From Candidatus Poribacteria bacterium (GTDB lineage: Bacteria > Poribacteria > WGA-4E > WGA-3G), in contig CBDANF010000002.1 in NCBI GenBank assembly GCA_965197475.1, positions 1,248,001 through 1,312,000 on the forward strand: a stretch of DNA of 64,000 nt. The letters are read 5' to 3'. Position 1 is the first letter of the stretch. Each line of letters begins with the position of its first letter. Under the pieces are notes generated by a model. That model saw only the letters and a program-made list of their open reading frames with translations. It had not been told where the DNA came from and ran no database searches. Below are positions 1 to 10,357 of the stretch, in pieces. The translations under genes and the position numbers were made by a program.

Positions 1-199
1 TTTCTCTCAACGGTATTAACGCCTCCATAAAATAATCAGTTACAATAATTTAAGATATCAAAGGGAAACCTGCTGATAAACAGAAAAGTGGCAATTAGTA
101 ATAAAAACTAAACCTAATTTTTCCTAATTTCCTCTATTTTCTGCTTAACCGTTTTACAAGTAAAGTGTTTCTCAAGCAAAACTTCACACTTAAAAAACC

Positions 200-991
200 T
201 TAATAACCCAATTCCCGTAAATACTCGCGGTTAACGGTCATTCGCTCTTCATCCGAACGGTCTTCAACCATACCGGGACAAGCAGTAATCCATCGATCAT
301 AGCCAAGTTCTTCCAAAGTAGACATAATTCCGGGAAAATCCATCGCAGTACCACCACCTACATCCACCCAATCCACATTATACGAACTGTCATCGCCACC
401 TGTAAACCCAGAATAATCCTGAAGATGTACGTAAATAAGCACATCCTTATATCGACGAATAGACTCAATAGGATCAAATCCCCATAGTGCGGAATGCGAT
501 ACATCAATGCACAGTTTACACTTTCGGAGTAGGCTCATATATTTTGCCCAATCCTCAATAGAATCTACTGTTGTATTGGTATGAATATGATAACAGACAT
601 CTAATCCGTATCGTGATGCGTATTCTGCCCACTCTTCGGAAACATCAGCAAGCTTAGCGAGATCAGAGTTGTCTACTGGTCGGTCACTCGGTTTTCCTGT
701 CCCCATGAACATGAAACAATCCGCCCCCACCTCTGCTGCGAAATCGATTCTTCGCTTATTGAGTTCCATCTGTTCATAATTTTTGTCGATCGGCAACCCA
801 CGTGCTGTAACAGCAGCAATAGGTAGGTCAACATTCTCACACATCCGCCGAATACGTCGCGGTGTGCCTGCCCATTCTAAGGATTGCCGCATTTCCCAAC
901 CATCCCAACCGGCATCCTTGAGTTGTGTTAACAGTTTCTCAAAATCTGGCTGTTGCCAGCGTAACGTGCTATATCCAAATTTAAAACCCAT
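200..991 (-). CDS. Sugar phosphate isomerase/epimerase (xylose-isomerase-like TIM barrel)
   Basis: GWDGWE, CYHIH, LCIDVSH, YVHLQD and LGYDRW motifs of the AP_endonuc_2/IolE-like family; GGAG RBS upstream. Confidence 0.8.
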   Translation of the reverse strand: MGFKFGYSTLRWQQPDFEKLLTQLKDAGWDGWEMRQSLEWAGTPRRIRRMCENVDLPIAAVTARGLPIDKNYEQMELNKRRIDFAAEVGADCFMFMGTGKPSDRPVDNSDLAKLADVSEEWAEYASRYGLDVCYHIHTNTTVDSIEDWAKYMSLLRKCKLCIDVSHSALWGFDPIESIRRYKDVLIYVHLQDYSGFTGGDDSSYNVDWVDVGGGTAMDFPGIMSTLEELGYDRWITACPGMVEDRSDEERMTVNREYLRELGY

Positions 992-1144
992 CTTTTTTCT
1001 CCTCTTGGGTGTTCTTCTTTAACCAGAAACATTCAAGTATAAATTATAACAGATTTTCATATTGCTTGCAATAAATGTTCATATTTGCTAAACTATTAAA
1101 AACTTCACGGATTTTCCGTTACGACCTATTTTTAAGGAGAAAGT

Positions 1145-2110
1145 ATGGACAAAGTTAAACTCGGTTTTATCGGTACAGGTGGTATGGCAGGCGCACACAT
1201 GCGCAACCTGAAAGATAATTTTGAGGATGTTGAATTCTGTGCGATGTGTGATATTTCTGAAGATCGTGCAAAAGGGCGCGCCGAAGAGTTTGGCGGTAAC
1301 GCTTACACCGATTTTCGTGTTATGTACGATAAAGAGGATTTGGACGCTGTTTATATATGCACACCTCCGTTTGCGCACGGTGAACAGGAACGGATCGTTT
1401 GTGAAAAAGGCATCGCGATGTTTATTGAGAAGCCGATCCATTCTGAATTGGAACCGGCTATCATTATCAATGATTACATTAAAGAAACAGGCACCATTAC
1501 AAGTGTTGGTTACCATTGGCGTTACGGTGGGAATGCTCAGAACGCGAAAAAGATGCTTGAAGAACAACCACAAATTCTTGGGGCACTCGGCTATTGGATG
1601 GGCGGTATGCCCGGAACACCGTGGTGGCGTGTGCGTGCACAATCTGGTGGACAGCACGTCGAACAGACGACTCATATTTTTGATCTTTGCCGTTTTCTCG
1701 TTGGCAGCGACGGTAAAACCGTCCACGGTGTAGCAAATAGCGGTAGCATGACACATATTGAAAACTATGATGTTGACGACATCAGCATGGTAAACATTGA
1801 ATTTGAGAACGGTGCTGTTGCGAATATCGTTTCTGCATGTGCGTTAGAAGGTTTTCGTCGTGTGCACCTTGAGGTATTCACACGTGGACTCGTTGTCACC
1901 GTTGGTGGACCTAACAACGCGAACCGCAAAGGTGAAACTGAACCGCTTTCAGGTACTGGTGGCAAAGATCGTGACCGTGTCTTTATTGACGCTGTCAAGA
2001 GTGGTGACGACTCAAAAATACTATCACCCTACAGCGACGCATTGCAGACACTTCGTATCATGCTTGCTGCAAGCAAATCGTTCGAAACTGGTAAGGCAGT
2101 TGACCTATAA
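1145..2110 (+). CDS. Gfo/Idh/MocA family oxidoreductase
   Basis: LGFIGTGG Rossmann motif, DAVYICTPP, FIEKP, EQTTHIFD; AAGGAG RBS. Confidence 0.9.
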   Translation: MDKVKLGFIGTGGMAGAHMRNLKDNFEDVEFCAMCDISEDRAKGRAEEFGGNAYTDFRVMYDKEDLDAVYICTPPFAHGEQERIVCEKGIAMFIEKPIHSELEPAIIINDYIKETGTITSVGYHWRYGGNAQNAKKMLEEQPQILGALGYWMGGMPGTPWWRVRAQSGGQHVEQTTHIFDLCRFLVGSDGKTVHGVANSGSMTHIENYDVDDISMVNIEFENGAVANIVSACALEGFRRVHLEVFTRGLVVTVGGPNNANRKGETEPLSGTGGKDRDRVFIDAVKSGDDSKILSPYSDALQTLRIMLAASKSFETGKAVDL

Positions 2111-2117
2111 AACATAG

Positions 2118-2138
2118 TAGGCACGCATTGCGTGCCTA
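2118..2138. repeat. GTAG-type REP-like hairpin / possible terminator
   Basis: taggcacgca-t-tgcgtgccta palindrome; related hairpins at about 5415, 17848, 36208 and 52397. Confidence 0.55.
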
Positions 2139-2175
2139 ATCACATAAAAAATTTTATACAAAGTGAGAAAGAATT

Positions 2176-2931
2176 ATGCCAATTAATCAATCCATCTGTT
2201 TTGGTGGTTTCCGGCGTGACAGAGAGCCGGAAGATGTTATTAAAAAAGCCGCTGAAATCGGTTACAAATCTGTTGAGATGCTATCTGCAGATCTCTGGCC
2301 TGTTGTTCAAGACAATGGGATGCGGGTTGCAATCATCGTTGGACATTCATCCCTTCCGTCTGGTTTGAATGATCCGAGCAATCATGATCGGATAGAGGAT
2401 GAGCTGCTCAAGAATATTAATATCGCTGCAGAAAACGACATCCCCGGTCTTATCTGCTTTTCTGGCAACCGAGAAGGCAGGTCTGATGAGGAAGGTCGTG
2501 ATAACACAATAGCGGGTTTGTCGCGTGTGACGAAGGCTGCTGAGGAGAAGGGTGTTAACCTTTGTGTTGAACTGCTCAACAGCAAAGTTAACCACCCCGA
2601 TTATCAGTGCGATAAGACTGAGTGGGGTGTTGAAGTATGCAAAGGCGTCGGTTCTCCGCGGGCACTGCTACTCAACGACATCTACCACATGCAGATTATG
2701 GAAGGCGATCTCATCCGCAACATCACGGACTACAGCGAATATATTGGGCATTACCATACTGCAGGGAACCCTGGGCGTCGCGACCTTGATGACGATCAGG
2801 AAATTTACTATCCGGCTGTGATGCGCGCTATCGCAAAAACGGGGTATGACCTCTATGTAGGACATGAGTTTAGTCCTAAAGGTGATCCGTTTGATGCAAT
2901 GCAGCACGCTTATGATGTGTGTAATGTTTAG
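2176..2931 (+). CDS. hyi: Hydroxypyruvate isomerase family protein
   Basis: LICFSGNR, VELLNSKVNHPDY, DIYHMQIMEGD, HYHTAGNPGR and VGHEF motifs. Confidence 0.85.
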   Translation: MPINQSICFGGFRRDREPEDVIKKAAEIGYKSVEMLSADLWPVVQDNGMRVAIIVGHSSLPSGLNDPSNHDRIEDELLKNINIAAENDIPGLICFSGNREGRSDEEGRDNTIAGLSRVTKAAEEKGVNLCVELLNSKVNHPDYQCDKTEWGVEVCKGVGSPRALLLNDIYHMQIMEGDLIRNITDYSEYIGHYHTAGNPGRRDLDDDQEIYYPAVMRAIAKTGYDLYVGHEFSPKGDPFDAMQHAYDVCNV

Positions 2932-2988
2932 GCTACTTTGAGATTTATAGGGCGGGCCTTGTGTCCGCCCATTCTAATTATATCTATC

Positions 2989-5403
2989 ATGACACCCGAA
3001 GCTGAAGCACGTCAAACCATAGATAGCATGCTGGAAGCGTCTGGATGGCAGATTCAAAATTTTGCTGAACGTGCAACAGATGCTTCGCTTGGTGTAGCAG
3101 TCCGAGAATTTCAGTTGCAAGACGATCAGAGTGCGGATTACCTTCTTTTTGTCAATGAGGTTGCAGTTGGCATCATAGAAGCAAAAAAAGAAGGCATGAC
3201 TCTTGGTGGTGCACTCCAACAAGCAGAACGGTACCGCGCCAGTTTCCCGGACACCTTGACAACATTGCAGGGGTGTCCTTTTTTATACGCATCTACAGGC
3301 ATTGAGACCTATTTTCAGGATAAGCGCGACCCGAACTCCCGTTCCCGCCCAGTGTTTACCTTCCATACACCAGATGCGCTCAGAGATACACTTGATCCCA
3401 GGACCCTTCGTCGAAGACTTAAAGATGATTTGCCTGATTTAGAAAAAGGCATTCTCTGGGACTGCCAGTTTGAAGCGATCACCGAACTTGAAAAATCTTT
3501 GGCAGATGCTAATCAACGTGCTTTAATTCAGATGGCGACAGGTAGTGGAAAAACTTATGTCGCAGTAAGCAGCATGTACCGACTCATCAAATTTGCTAAC
3601 GTCAAACGTGTTCTTTTTCTGGTAGACCGCAACAATCTCGGCAAACAAGCACTGCGTGAGTTTCAGTCCTACATGACTCCTGATGATGGCAGGAGGTTTA
3701 CTGACCTCTATAACGTTCAGCACCTCTCCAGCAACGTTATTGACGAAGCAAGTGCTGTCTGTATTACCACTATCCAACGTCTCTATTCCATGCTAACAGG
3801 TAAATCGGACTTTGAAACGGACGAAGAGGAAAGTTCCATATTTGAACGGGAAACAGAGAACACAGCACCACAAAAAGTTATCTATAACCAAAATATTCCT
3901 ATTGATACGTTTGACCTTATCATTGTTGATGAATGCCACCGCTCTATTTACGGCAAATGGCGGCACGTATTAGAATATTTTGACGCGTTCATTCTCGGGC
4001 TAACCGCTACGCCGTATACACAGACGCTCAATTTTTTTAAGCGTAATCTTGTTTATGAATACCGCCACGAGCAAGCCGTTGAAGACGATGTAAATGTCGG
4101 TTATTACGTCTATCGGATTAAGACCGACATCACAGAAAGCGGCAGCACGGTTGCGGAAGGAAGTTATGTTGCAAGACGAGATAGAGAAACTCGGAGGCTT
4201 AACTGGGAGGAGTTGGCGGAAGATGAAGAATATACAAGAAATCAGTTAGATCGGGATGTTGTGGCAGAAGACCAGATTCGTACAGTTATTCAGGCTTTCA
4301 AAGATAGCCTCTTTACAGAACTCTTTCGCAGTAGGCAAACAGTACCCAAAACACTTATCTTTGCGAAAGATGATTCCCACGCCGAGGATATTGTCCAAAT
4401 TGTCCGGAATGTATTTGCCAAAGGCGATGATTTCTGCCAGAAAATTACCTACAGAAGTGATAAATCGGAGGAACTCATCGCGAGATTCCGTACAGATCCG
4501 ACTTTCCGAATTGCCGTAAGCGTTGATATGATCTCTACCGGCACCGATATAAAGCCGCTTGAGTGTCTTCTCTTTATGCGTGCTGTCCGGTCAAGCGGAT
4601 ATTTTGAGCAGATGATAGGGCGTGGCGTGCGTACTATTAATAGAGATGACCTGCGAGCCGTAACCGGCGATGCTGATGAAAAAACCCACTTCATTATCGT
4701 TGATGCTGTCGGTGTGTGTGAATCCATCAAAACTGATTCGCAATCACGCCCAGGCGAACCATCTACGACTGAGCCAAACGGACCGCCAGAAAGAGACCTC
4801 AACCAACTACTTGATAATGTAAGCGTAGACCGAATTATTGAAACTGGTTTTGCGGATCAAAGTTTTACACAGTCAACGACGGTTATTCACGCCTTTAAAC
4901 AGTTTATTAATCAAAACGTGGGTGAATTGTTAGCGTTGCAAATTCTTTGTAGGGTGCCGGAAGTACAAGGCACGCTGACTGAAGACAACTTAAAGGAGTT
5001 GGAGCATGCTTTACAACAGCATTCAAACAGTCTAAGTCGCGAGTCATTATGGTTTGCTTACGAAAGGGTATTCCCAACAAAAGTTCTCGGAAATACGGAA
5101 CAGCGTACAGACATCATATCCCTGGTCCGATTCGTTATGGGGTATAATCTATATCTGGAACCTTTTAGCGCAACCGTCAAAAGACGATATGAGGGATGGA
5201 TAACCGACAAAGACTTCACACCGGAACAACGTGAATGGCTTGAATGGATACAGGAACATATTGCCACCTCGCTTGATTTTCAGATAGAGGATTTTGGACT
5301 TACTCCCTTCGCGACACAGGGAGGTATTGCGAGAGCTTTTCATCTTTTTGGAGATGAGTTAGACGATATACTAACGGATCTCACACAGAAATTGGTTTCC
5401 TAA
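2989..5403 (+). CDS. hsdR: Type I restriction enzyme R subunit (EcoAI/EcoEI-like)
   Basis: N-terminal nuclease ADYLL..IIEAKK, MATGSGKT Walker A, IVDECHR, GLTATP, STGTD, QMIGRGVR, EcoEI_R_C-like tail. Start taken at MTPEAEAR. Confidence 0.92.
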   Translation: MTPEAEARQTIDSMLEASGWQIQNFAERATDASLGVAVREFQLQDDQSADYLLFVNEVAVGIIEAKKEGMTLGGALQQAERYRASFPDTLTTLQGCPFLYASTGIETYFQDKRDPNSRSRPVFTFHTPDALRDTLDPRTLRRRLKDDLPDLEKGILWDCQFEAITELEKSLADANQRALIQMATGSGKTYVAVSSMYRLIKFANVKRVLFLVDRNNLGKQALREFQSYMTPDDGRRFTDLYNVQHLSSNVIDEASAVCITTIQRLYSMLTGKSDFETDEEESSIFERETENTAPQKVIYNQNIPIDTFDLIIVDECHRSIYGKWRHVLEYFDAFILGLTATPYTQTLNFFKRNLVYEYRHEQAVEDDVNVGYYVYRIKTDITESGSTVAEGSYVARRDRETRRLNWEELAEDEEYTRNQLDRDVVAEDQIRTVIQAFKDSLFTELFRSRQTVPKTLIFAKDDSHAEDIVQIVRNVFAKGDDFCQKITYRSDKSEELIARFRTDPTFRIAVSVDMISTGTDIKPLECLLFMRAVRSSGYFEQMIGRGVRTINRDDLRAVTGDADEKTHFIIVDAVGVCESIKTDSQSRPGEPSTTEPNGPPERDLNQLLDNVSVDRIIETGFADQSFTQSTTVIHAFKQFINQNVGELLALQILCRVPEVQGTLTEDNLKELEHALQQHSNSLSRESLWFAYERVFPTKVLGNTEQRTDIISLVRFVMGYNLYLEPFSATVKRRYEGWITDKDFTPEQREWLEWIQEHIATSLDFQIEDFGLTPFATQGGIARAFHLFGDELDDILTDLTQKLVS

Positions 5404-5454
5404 TTTCATCTCTTGTAGGAGCGACCTCTGGTCGCGATTGCCTGTCCAAAACGC

Positions 5455-5483
5455 TTGCATCTGCATGCAGTTTGTGCTAAAAT
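5455..5483 (+). promoter_or_regulatory. Putative sigma70 promoter
   Basis: TTGCAT-17 nt-TAAAAT with extended -10 TG; similar layouts at 10244 and 12737. Confidence 0.5.
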
Positions 5484-5541
5484 TAGACTGTACAGTGTAT
5501 GTTTTACCGCAATTTTGAAAACACACCGAAGGAAACTAAAA

Positions 5542-6936
5542 ATGCCAAACCCAAAAGATGTTTTTGATTATCCTTTAGAGTATCTTGATTTTTTACAATC
5601 CGACAAATTTGAAAGGCAGAAATTTGACTGGAAAGAAGTTAGAACTGATAACAACAGTCAAATCAAAACACTGAAAGACAAGATCAAACAGTGCATCTCT
5701 GCCTTCGCGAATCGCAACAGAGAAGGTGGACTTTTGGTCCTTGGTATCGCTGATGATGGAACCATTAAAGGCACACAGCATGTTGACGAACAAACGATGA
5801 ATAGTATCCTACAAGTCACACTGGATTTACGTAACCACGCAACACAAGTGCAAGACGTGGAATTACCTAATTCGGATGGAAAACGAATACATCTACTTTA
5901 TACCCCGTGGACATCAAATGCAATTTGTGAAACAGTAGGTAATTTTCCTGAAGCATGGAAAAGAGTTGGGGCACAATGTCTTGCACTAACTGAACAAGAT
6001 AGAGACCAGCTTAAACGGGAAAAAAAGATAGTTGATTTTGAAGCTTCCTATTGCTGTCCTTATGATCCCGATGAACTTGACATAAAGGTGGTAGAGGAGT
6101 TTAAAAAGGTTTATCTTGAAGAGAGAGACGCGCAGTACGATTATACAACTGAAGAAGTTTTGTACAATATAGGCGCGCTAATGAAAGAGAATGACAAATA
6201 TGCATTTACCAATGCAGGTTTTCTATTTTTTGCCTCAAATCCCCGTAGGCTTTTTGCAAGTGCGTACGTAAGAGTTCTACGTTTTGAGGTAAACGTTGAA
6301 GAGTCCCGTACCCGTGGCGTGACAACTTTTGATAAACGTTTTGATGGACCTCTCCCCAACATGATCCGTAAACTACAAACCTTTTTCAAAGATTCCGCTC
6401 TTTTTAGAACTATCATAAGACGTAGCTCTCACGGAGGATTCATGGAAGATCCTGAATATCCGCTCTTTGTCGTGGACGAAGCACTCATAAACGCCGCAAT
6501 CCATAGGGACTACGGTGCCACTACAGCGATTCACTGCATTGCGTATCGAAATGGTTTGGTTGTGGAAAATCCGGGCGGCATCCCTCAAGAAGTTCCACAG
6601 CACTTCAGCCTTGCAGATACAGTGCTTAGTTCCGTACTGCGAAATCAGAAGATTGTTGAGTGGATGCGCTTTATGAAAGATGAACGCGGTGAACCGCTGG
6701 TACGTGCTTTAAGTGAAGGCACAAGAAAAATGCGTCAAGAAATGGAAAACCTCGGTCTACCGGCACCAGATTATGAAACGGCTCAACGTACCACCGTCAC
6801 ACTCTATAACCGTTTTGACGAGCGATTGGCACCACACGCATCTTATGCCACCAAATCCAAACCCGATATTCCACCTGAACAGGGCGGACTGAAAAAGACA
6901 CTACGTTCAATCGGAGAACGACTCACTAAAATCTAA
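5542..6936 (+). CDS. Schlafen/AlbA_2 domain protein with HATPase_c_4 (RecG C-terminal-like) domain
   Basis: ERQKFDWKE, ISAFAN..GGLLVLGIADDG (AlbA_2); EALINAAIHRDY, VENPGG, LRNQKI and SEGTRKM (HATPase_c_4). Confidence 0.85.
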   Translation: MPNPKDVFDYPLEYLDFLQSDKFERQKFDWKEVRTDNNSQIKTLKDKIKQCISAFANRNREGGLLVLGIADDGTIKGTQHVDEQTMNSILQVTLDLRNHATQVQDVELPNSDGKRIHLLYTPWTSNAICETVGNFPEAWKRVGAQCLALTEQDRDQLKREKKIVDFEASYCCPYDPDELDIKVVEEFKKVYLEERDAQYDYTTEEVLYNIGALMKENDKYAFTNAGFLFFASNPRRLFASAYVRVLRFEVNVEESRTRGVTTFDKRFDGPLPNMIRKLQTFFKDSALFRTIIRRSSHGGFMEDPEYPLFVVDEALINAAIHRDYGATTAIHCIAYRNGLVVENPGGIPQEVPQHFSLADTVLSSVLRNQKIVEWMRFMKDERGEPLVRALSEGTRKMRQEMENLGLPAPDYETAQRTTVTLYNRFDERLAPHASYATKSKPDIPPEQGGLKKTLRSIGERLTKI

Positions 6937-6960
6937 TAAAAGGTAACAAAATAAGGCAGG

Positions 6961-6989
6961 TTGATATTTTTACAAAAATATGGTAGAAT
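6961..6989 (+). promoter_or_regulatory. Putative sigma70 promoter for the Kiwa-like pair
   Basis: TTGATA-17 nt-TAGAAT with extended -10 TG. Confidence 0.45.
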
Positions 6990-7112
6990 TACAAAAAGTA
7001 AATAAAGAGATAATTAAAGCAATTAGTGTGTTTAATAAGCAATTAACAATATTTACATTTGATTTAACTCTATGTTTCATTTATAATAATGTTACTATAT
7101 TTAAATCCGGTT

Positions 7113-7234
7113 CAGGACTTACGCAATAGGTTCAAAAGTCCACCTGATAAGGGGGATTTAGGGGGTTAAAATACCGAAATAATGACTTTTTAAGTCCAAT
7201 ATTTCTTTTTTCTGCTCAATTTGCGTAAGTCCTG
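7113..7234. mobile_element. 122-bp MITE with 14-bp TIRs and 5-bp target duplication
   Basis: CAGGACTTACGCAA (7113-7126) and TTGCGTAAGTCCTG (7221-7234); CGGTT directly flanks both sides; the same TIR recurs at 63932. Confidence 0.85.
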
Positions 7235-7254
7235 CGGTTATTAGGAGAAGTCAA

Positions 7255-7839
7255 ATGTTAACAGGTTTTGCAAGATTTATTTTAGTTGCGAGTTCATTTT
7301 GTCCTGTATTTATTATTTTTGGTGTAATTGATTATCTCAATATAAATAATACAAGTACCGTTGTAACCCAAAATATAAATAATACAAGTACCGTTGTAAC
7401 CCCCAAAAATTTTACAGTTCCGATTATATGCTTTGCAATAGCAATTCTGCTCTTTGTATCGTGTCTAATTATATTAAGACAAGCAAAAAAAGGTATTAGT
7501 GCTCCAACATTTAAAATCACAAAGTTTTCGCGTAGAGATACAGGAATGCTCAGTTTTGTTTTTGTATACCTTTTTCCACTTATTAGGATGTCTCCTTCTT
7601 TGTCTATAGCACAATATATAATGCACGCTGTTGTGTATTTCATAATTATAGTTATTATGGTTGATGTCGGGACTTACCAGTATAACCCTGTAATAAGGTT
7701 TTTTTGTGGATACAGGTTTTATATGGTAGTTGATTGTGATGGCTTAGATCGTTTATTGCTTTCAAAAAGAAAACTTACAATTACTGATTATACAATTTCG
7801 GCCAAACAAATTATTGACGATGTGTATATAGAGTGCTAA
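7255..7839 (+). CDS. kwaA: KwaA-like membrane protein of the Kiwa anti-phage system
   Basis: 194 aa, about 4 TM segments, FVFVYLFP and YNPVIRFFCGYRFYMV motifs; AT-rich; directly followed by a DUF4868-like gene inside an R-M locus. Confidence 0.7.
   Translation: MLTGFARFILVASSFCPVFIIFGVIDYLNINNTSTVVTQNINNTSTVVTPKNFTVPIICFAIAILLFVSCLIILRQAKKGISAPTFKITKFSRRDTGMLSFVFVYLFPLIRMSPSLSIAQYIMHAVVYFIIIVIMVDVGTYQYNPVIRFFCGYRFYMVVDCDGLDRLLLSKRKLTITDYTISAKQIIDDVYIEC
7339..7402 (+). repeat. 33-bp-period in-frame tandem duplication in kwaA
   Basis: aatataaataatacaagtaccgttgtaaccc twice, giving NINNTSTVVT twice. Confidence 0.9.
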
Positions 7840-7840
7840 G

Positions 7841-8788
7841 ATGTTAAAAAACTTTCAAATCGGTGCGATAATATCTACAAACTCAACAGGCGGCAGAGGT
7901 ATAATTGTATTAGACCTGGGTGAAGAATTTTGTAAAAATATATCAAATGATTGGAGTAACCAATATCGTAAATTTACTGAAGGCAAGAGTGAAAAAATTT
8001 ACAACCGAGATTCACAAGGTGAAAAGTTTACTTACCAATACTTTGCAATTAAACCGTATGAACTTCCAGAATTTATGTCTGTAATAAACAGCGGTATTGT
8101 TAATACAAAAAATATAAGTAATATTCCAAGAAATCATAGAGTTGATCGTAAAAAAGTTGTATGTTTTTTTGGCGTTGCTATAGATGATAAAACCGGTTAT
8201 GAAATTATATTATTTCAAAATATGTCTGCAAAGAAATTTATTGCGCCTTGGCGATGTTTAAGTGAAGTTGTTTTACATCCAATTCAAGAAATGTCGCGAA
8301 GGGAATTATATACTGAAGCCACCAAAAATAAAGGGTATCTTGCACTTGATGATAAATTAACTACTATATACAATTCAAATACGCAAGAATTACGTTTCAA
8401 CAATTATTTTTATACCAATAAAACACTACCAATACCTGATTATCGTATTAAAGAAATTTTAAACAAAGAAATTAAAAAGTTATTAAAACACCGTATTTTT
8501 AAATGTGAAAACATAAATTTAATTGCAACAAACCCAAACATAGAAGTGAGAATGTGTTTTGCGAAGCTAAGAGATGATAACATATTAGATGAAATTATAT
8601 TGAAATTGTTGGTAGAAGATGCAAAAGATAATAATGTTGATATAGTTATTGAAGGCAATCAAATAGTTGTTCCAACAAATGATGAAGAACTAATAGATTT
8701 AATAATGTTAATAAATGGGGATTTAACTGAACGGAAATTTACCAGACAAACCCAACGCTTTAGAATTACTTCAAAAGAACAAAGATAA
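7841..8788 (+). CDS. kwaB: KwaB-like (DUF4868) protein of the Kiwa anti-phage system
   Basis: 315 aa soluble protein with ILFQN, LALDDKL..IY, LRF and IVVPTN..EL..LI..IN.D patterns; starts 1 nt after kwaA; AT-rich. Confidence 0.65.
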   Translation: MLKNFQIGAIISTNSTGGRGIIVLDLGEEFCKNISNDWSNQYRKFTEGKSEKIYNRDSQGEKFTYQYFAIKPYELPEFMSVINSGIVNTKNISNIPRNHRVDRKKVVCFFGVAIDDKTGYEIILFQNMSAKKFIAPWRCLSEVVLHPIQEMSRRELYTEATKNKGYLALDDKLTTIYNSNTQELRFNNYFYTNKTLPIPDYRIKEILNKEIKKLLKHRIFKCENINLIATNPNIEVRMCFAKLRDDNILDEIILKLLVEDAKDNNVDIVIEGNQIVVPTNDEELIDLIMLINGDLTERKFTRQTQRFRITSKEQR

Positions 8789-8878
8789 CAATGTTGCCAG
8801 TTGCGGACTAAGTACTTATTCCGAACACCGAAGGCAAAGTATCAAACTACTTATTCCGAAAGGGAATGCTTGAGCAAA

Positions 8879-10210
8879 ATGAACACGGGTTTATCTGATT
8901 TGCCAAAAGGTTGGGTGTGGACAACATTAGAAGAAATTGGTGAAATCATATTAGGGCAATCTCCTCCGTCCTCTACCTACAATACAGATGGAGACGGACT
9001 CCCTTTTTATCAAGGCAAACTTGAATTCGGGAAACTCTATCCTACCCCCCGAAAATGGTGTACTGCACCAAAGAAAATTGCTGAAAAGGGGGACGTTTTC
9101 ATTTCTATTCGCGCGCCTGTAGGACCTACAAATATTTGCCTCGAAAAATCTGCCGTGGGAAGAGGACTCGCAGCAATTCGCGGATTAGGCGGAATTGAGT
9201 CGTTTTTCATTCTTTATTTAATGCGTGCCTATGCAAATAAGATTGCGAGCAGAGGAACAGGTACTACTTTTGACGCAATTACGGGAAATCAACTTAAGAC
9301 ATTTGAAATTCCACTTCCGCCGCTTGCAGAACAACACCGTATCGTAGTCAAGTTGGAGACGTTGTTTACACATTTAGACGCAGCAGTTGATAATCTAAAG
9401 AAAGCACAAACGCAGTTGCAACGGTACCGTCAATCGCTTCTCAAAGCTGCTTTTGAAGGGGAGTTGACAAGGGAATGGCGTGAAGGTTATTCGGGTAAGT
9501 CTCAATCAACAGAGGACTCAACTGGGTTACCCAAAGATTGGGAAAGGACAACAGTTGGATGTGCCATAGAAAAAGTATCCCTAACTGGAAAGAAACTGAA
9601 AAAAAAGAACTATGAAATTGAAGGAAAACTGCCAGCAATAGATCAGGGAGCATCCTTTATTGGAGGATACACAAACAACGAAGAACTTAAGGTTGAATGT
9701 GAACTACCTGTTATTGTTTTTGGAGATCATACCAAAGCAATTAAATATGTAGATTTTGACTTCGTATGTGGAGCTGATGGGATAAAGGTAATAAAATCTT
9801 TAGAAATGTACCATCCGAAACTGTTTTATTACTTTATCCGAGCAATCTCAATTCCGGACAGAGGATATTCCCGACACTTTCAATTTTTGGAAAAGGCACA
9901 GATACCTGTCCCACCACTGCCTGAACAAGAACAAATCGTCTCTGAACTTGAGCGGCACCTTTCAGTCGCTGCTGCAATAGAAGCAACTATTGCAGCAGAA
10001 CTCACACGCGCCGGACGTTTGCGGCAGTCTATCCTCAAGCATGCGTTTTCTGGTAAACTTGTGCTGCAAGACCCGAACGATGAACCGGCAAGTGTGTTGC
10101 TTGAGAAAATTCGAGATGCGAAAGAAGAGCAGCAACCGAAGCAAAAAAGGCATCCGACAAAATCGAAAATAACAACTTCGGCACAGCAATTGCCCCTTCC
10201 GCTTGACTAA
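8879..10210 (+). CDS. hsdS: Type I restriction-modification specificity subunit
   Basis: Two TRDs beginning LPKGW and LPKDW, IPLPPLAEQHRIV and IPVPPLPEQEQIV, SLLKAAFEGEL and SILKHAFSGKLV.QDPNDEPASVLL. Confidence 0.93.
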   Translation: MNTGLSDLPKGWVWTTLEEIGEIILGQSPPSSTYNTDGDGLPFYQGKLEFGKLYPTPRKWCTAPKKIAEKGDVFISIRAPVGPTNICLEKSAVGRGLAAIRGLGGIESFFILYLMRAYANKIASRGTGTTFDAITGNQLKTFEIPLPPLAEQHRIVVKLETLFTHLDAAVDNLKKAQTQLQRYRQSLLKAAFEGELTREWREGYSGKSQSTEDSTGLPKDWERTTVGCAIEKVSLTGKKLKKKNYEIEGKLPAIDQGASFIGGYTNNEELKVECELPVIVFGDHTKAIKYVDFDFVCGADGIKVIKSLEMYHPKLFYYFIRAISIPDRGYSRHFQFLEKAQIPVPPLPEQEQIVSELERHLSVAAAIEATIAAELTRAGRLRQSILKHAFSGKLVLQDPNDEPASVLLEKIRDAKEEQQPKQKRHPTKSKITTSAQQLPLPLD

Positions 10211-10243
10211 AAGGTATCTTTCGTCAAGATCGGAGAATTAGCA

Positions 10244-10272
10244 TTGCATTTGAGGTGGACTTATGTTAAAAT
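10244..10272 (+). promoter_or_regulatory. Putative sigma70 promoter
   Basis: TTGCAT-17 nt-TAAAAT with TG extension, upstream of the small-gene cluster. Confidence 0.5.
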
Positions 10273-10357
10273 AGCGGCAAGAAAAATAGTAGACTGCTTA
10301 GTTACAACCTGTGTGTAAGGAGTTACCCCATTTGTCCGAACTTAAAAGGAGAATCTA

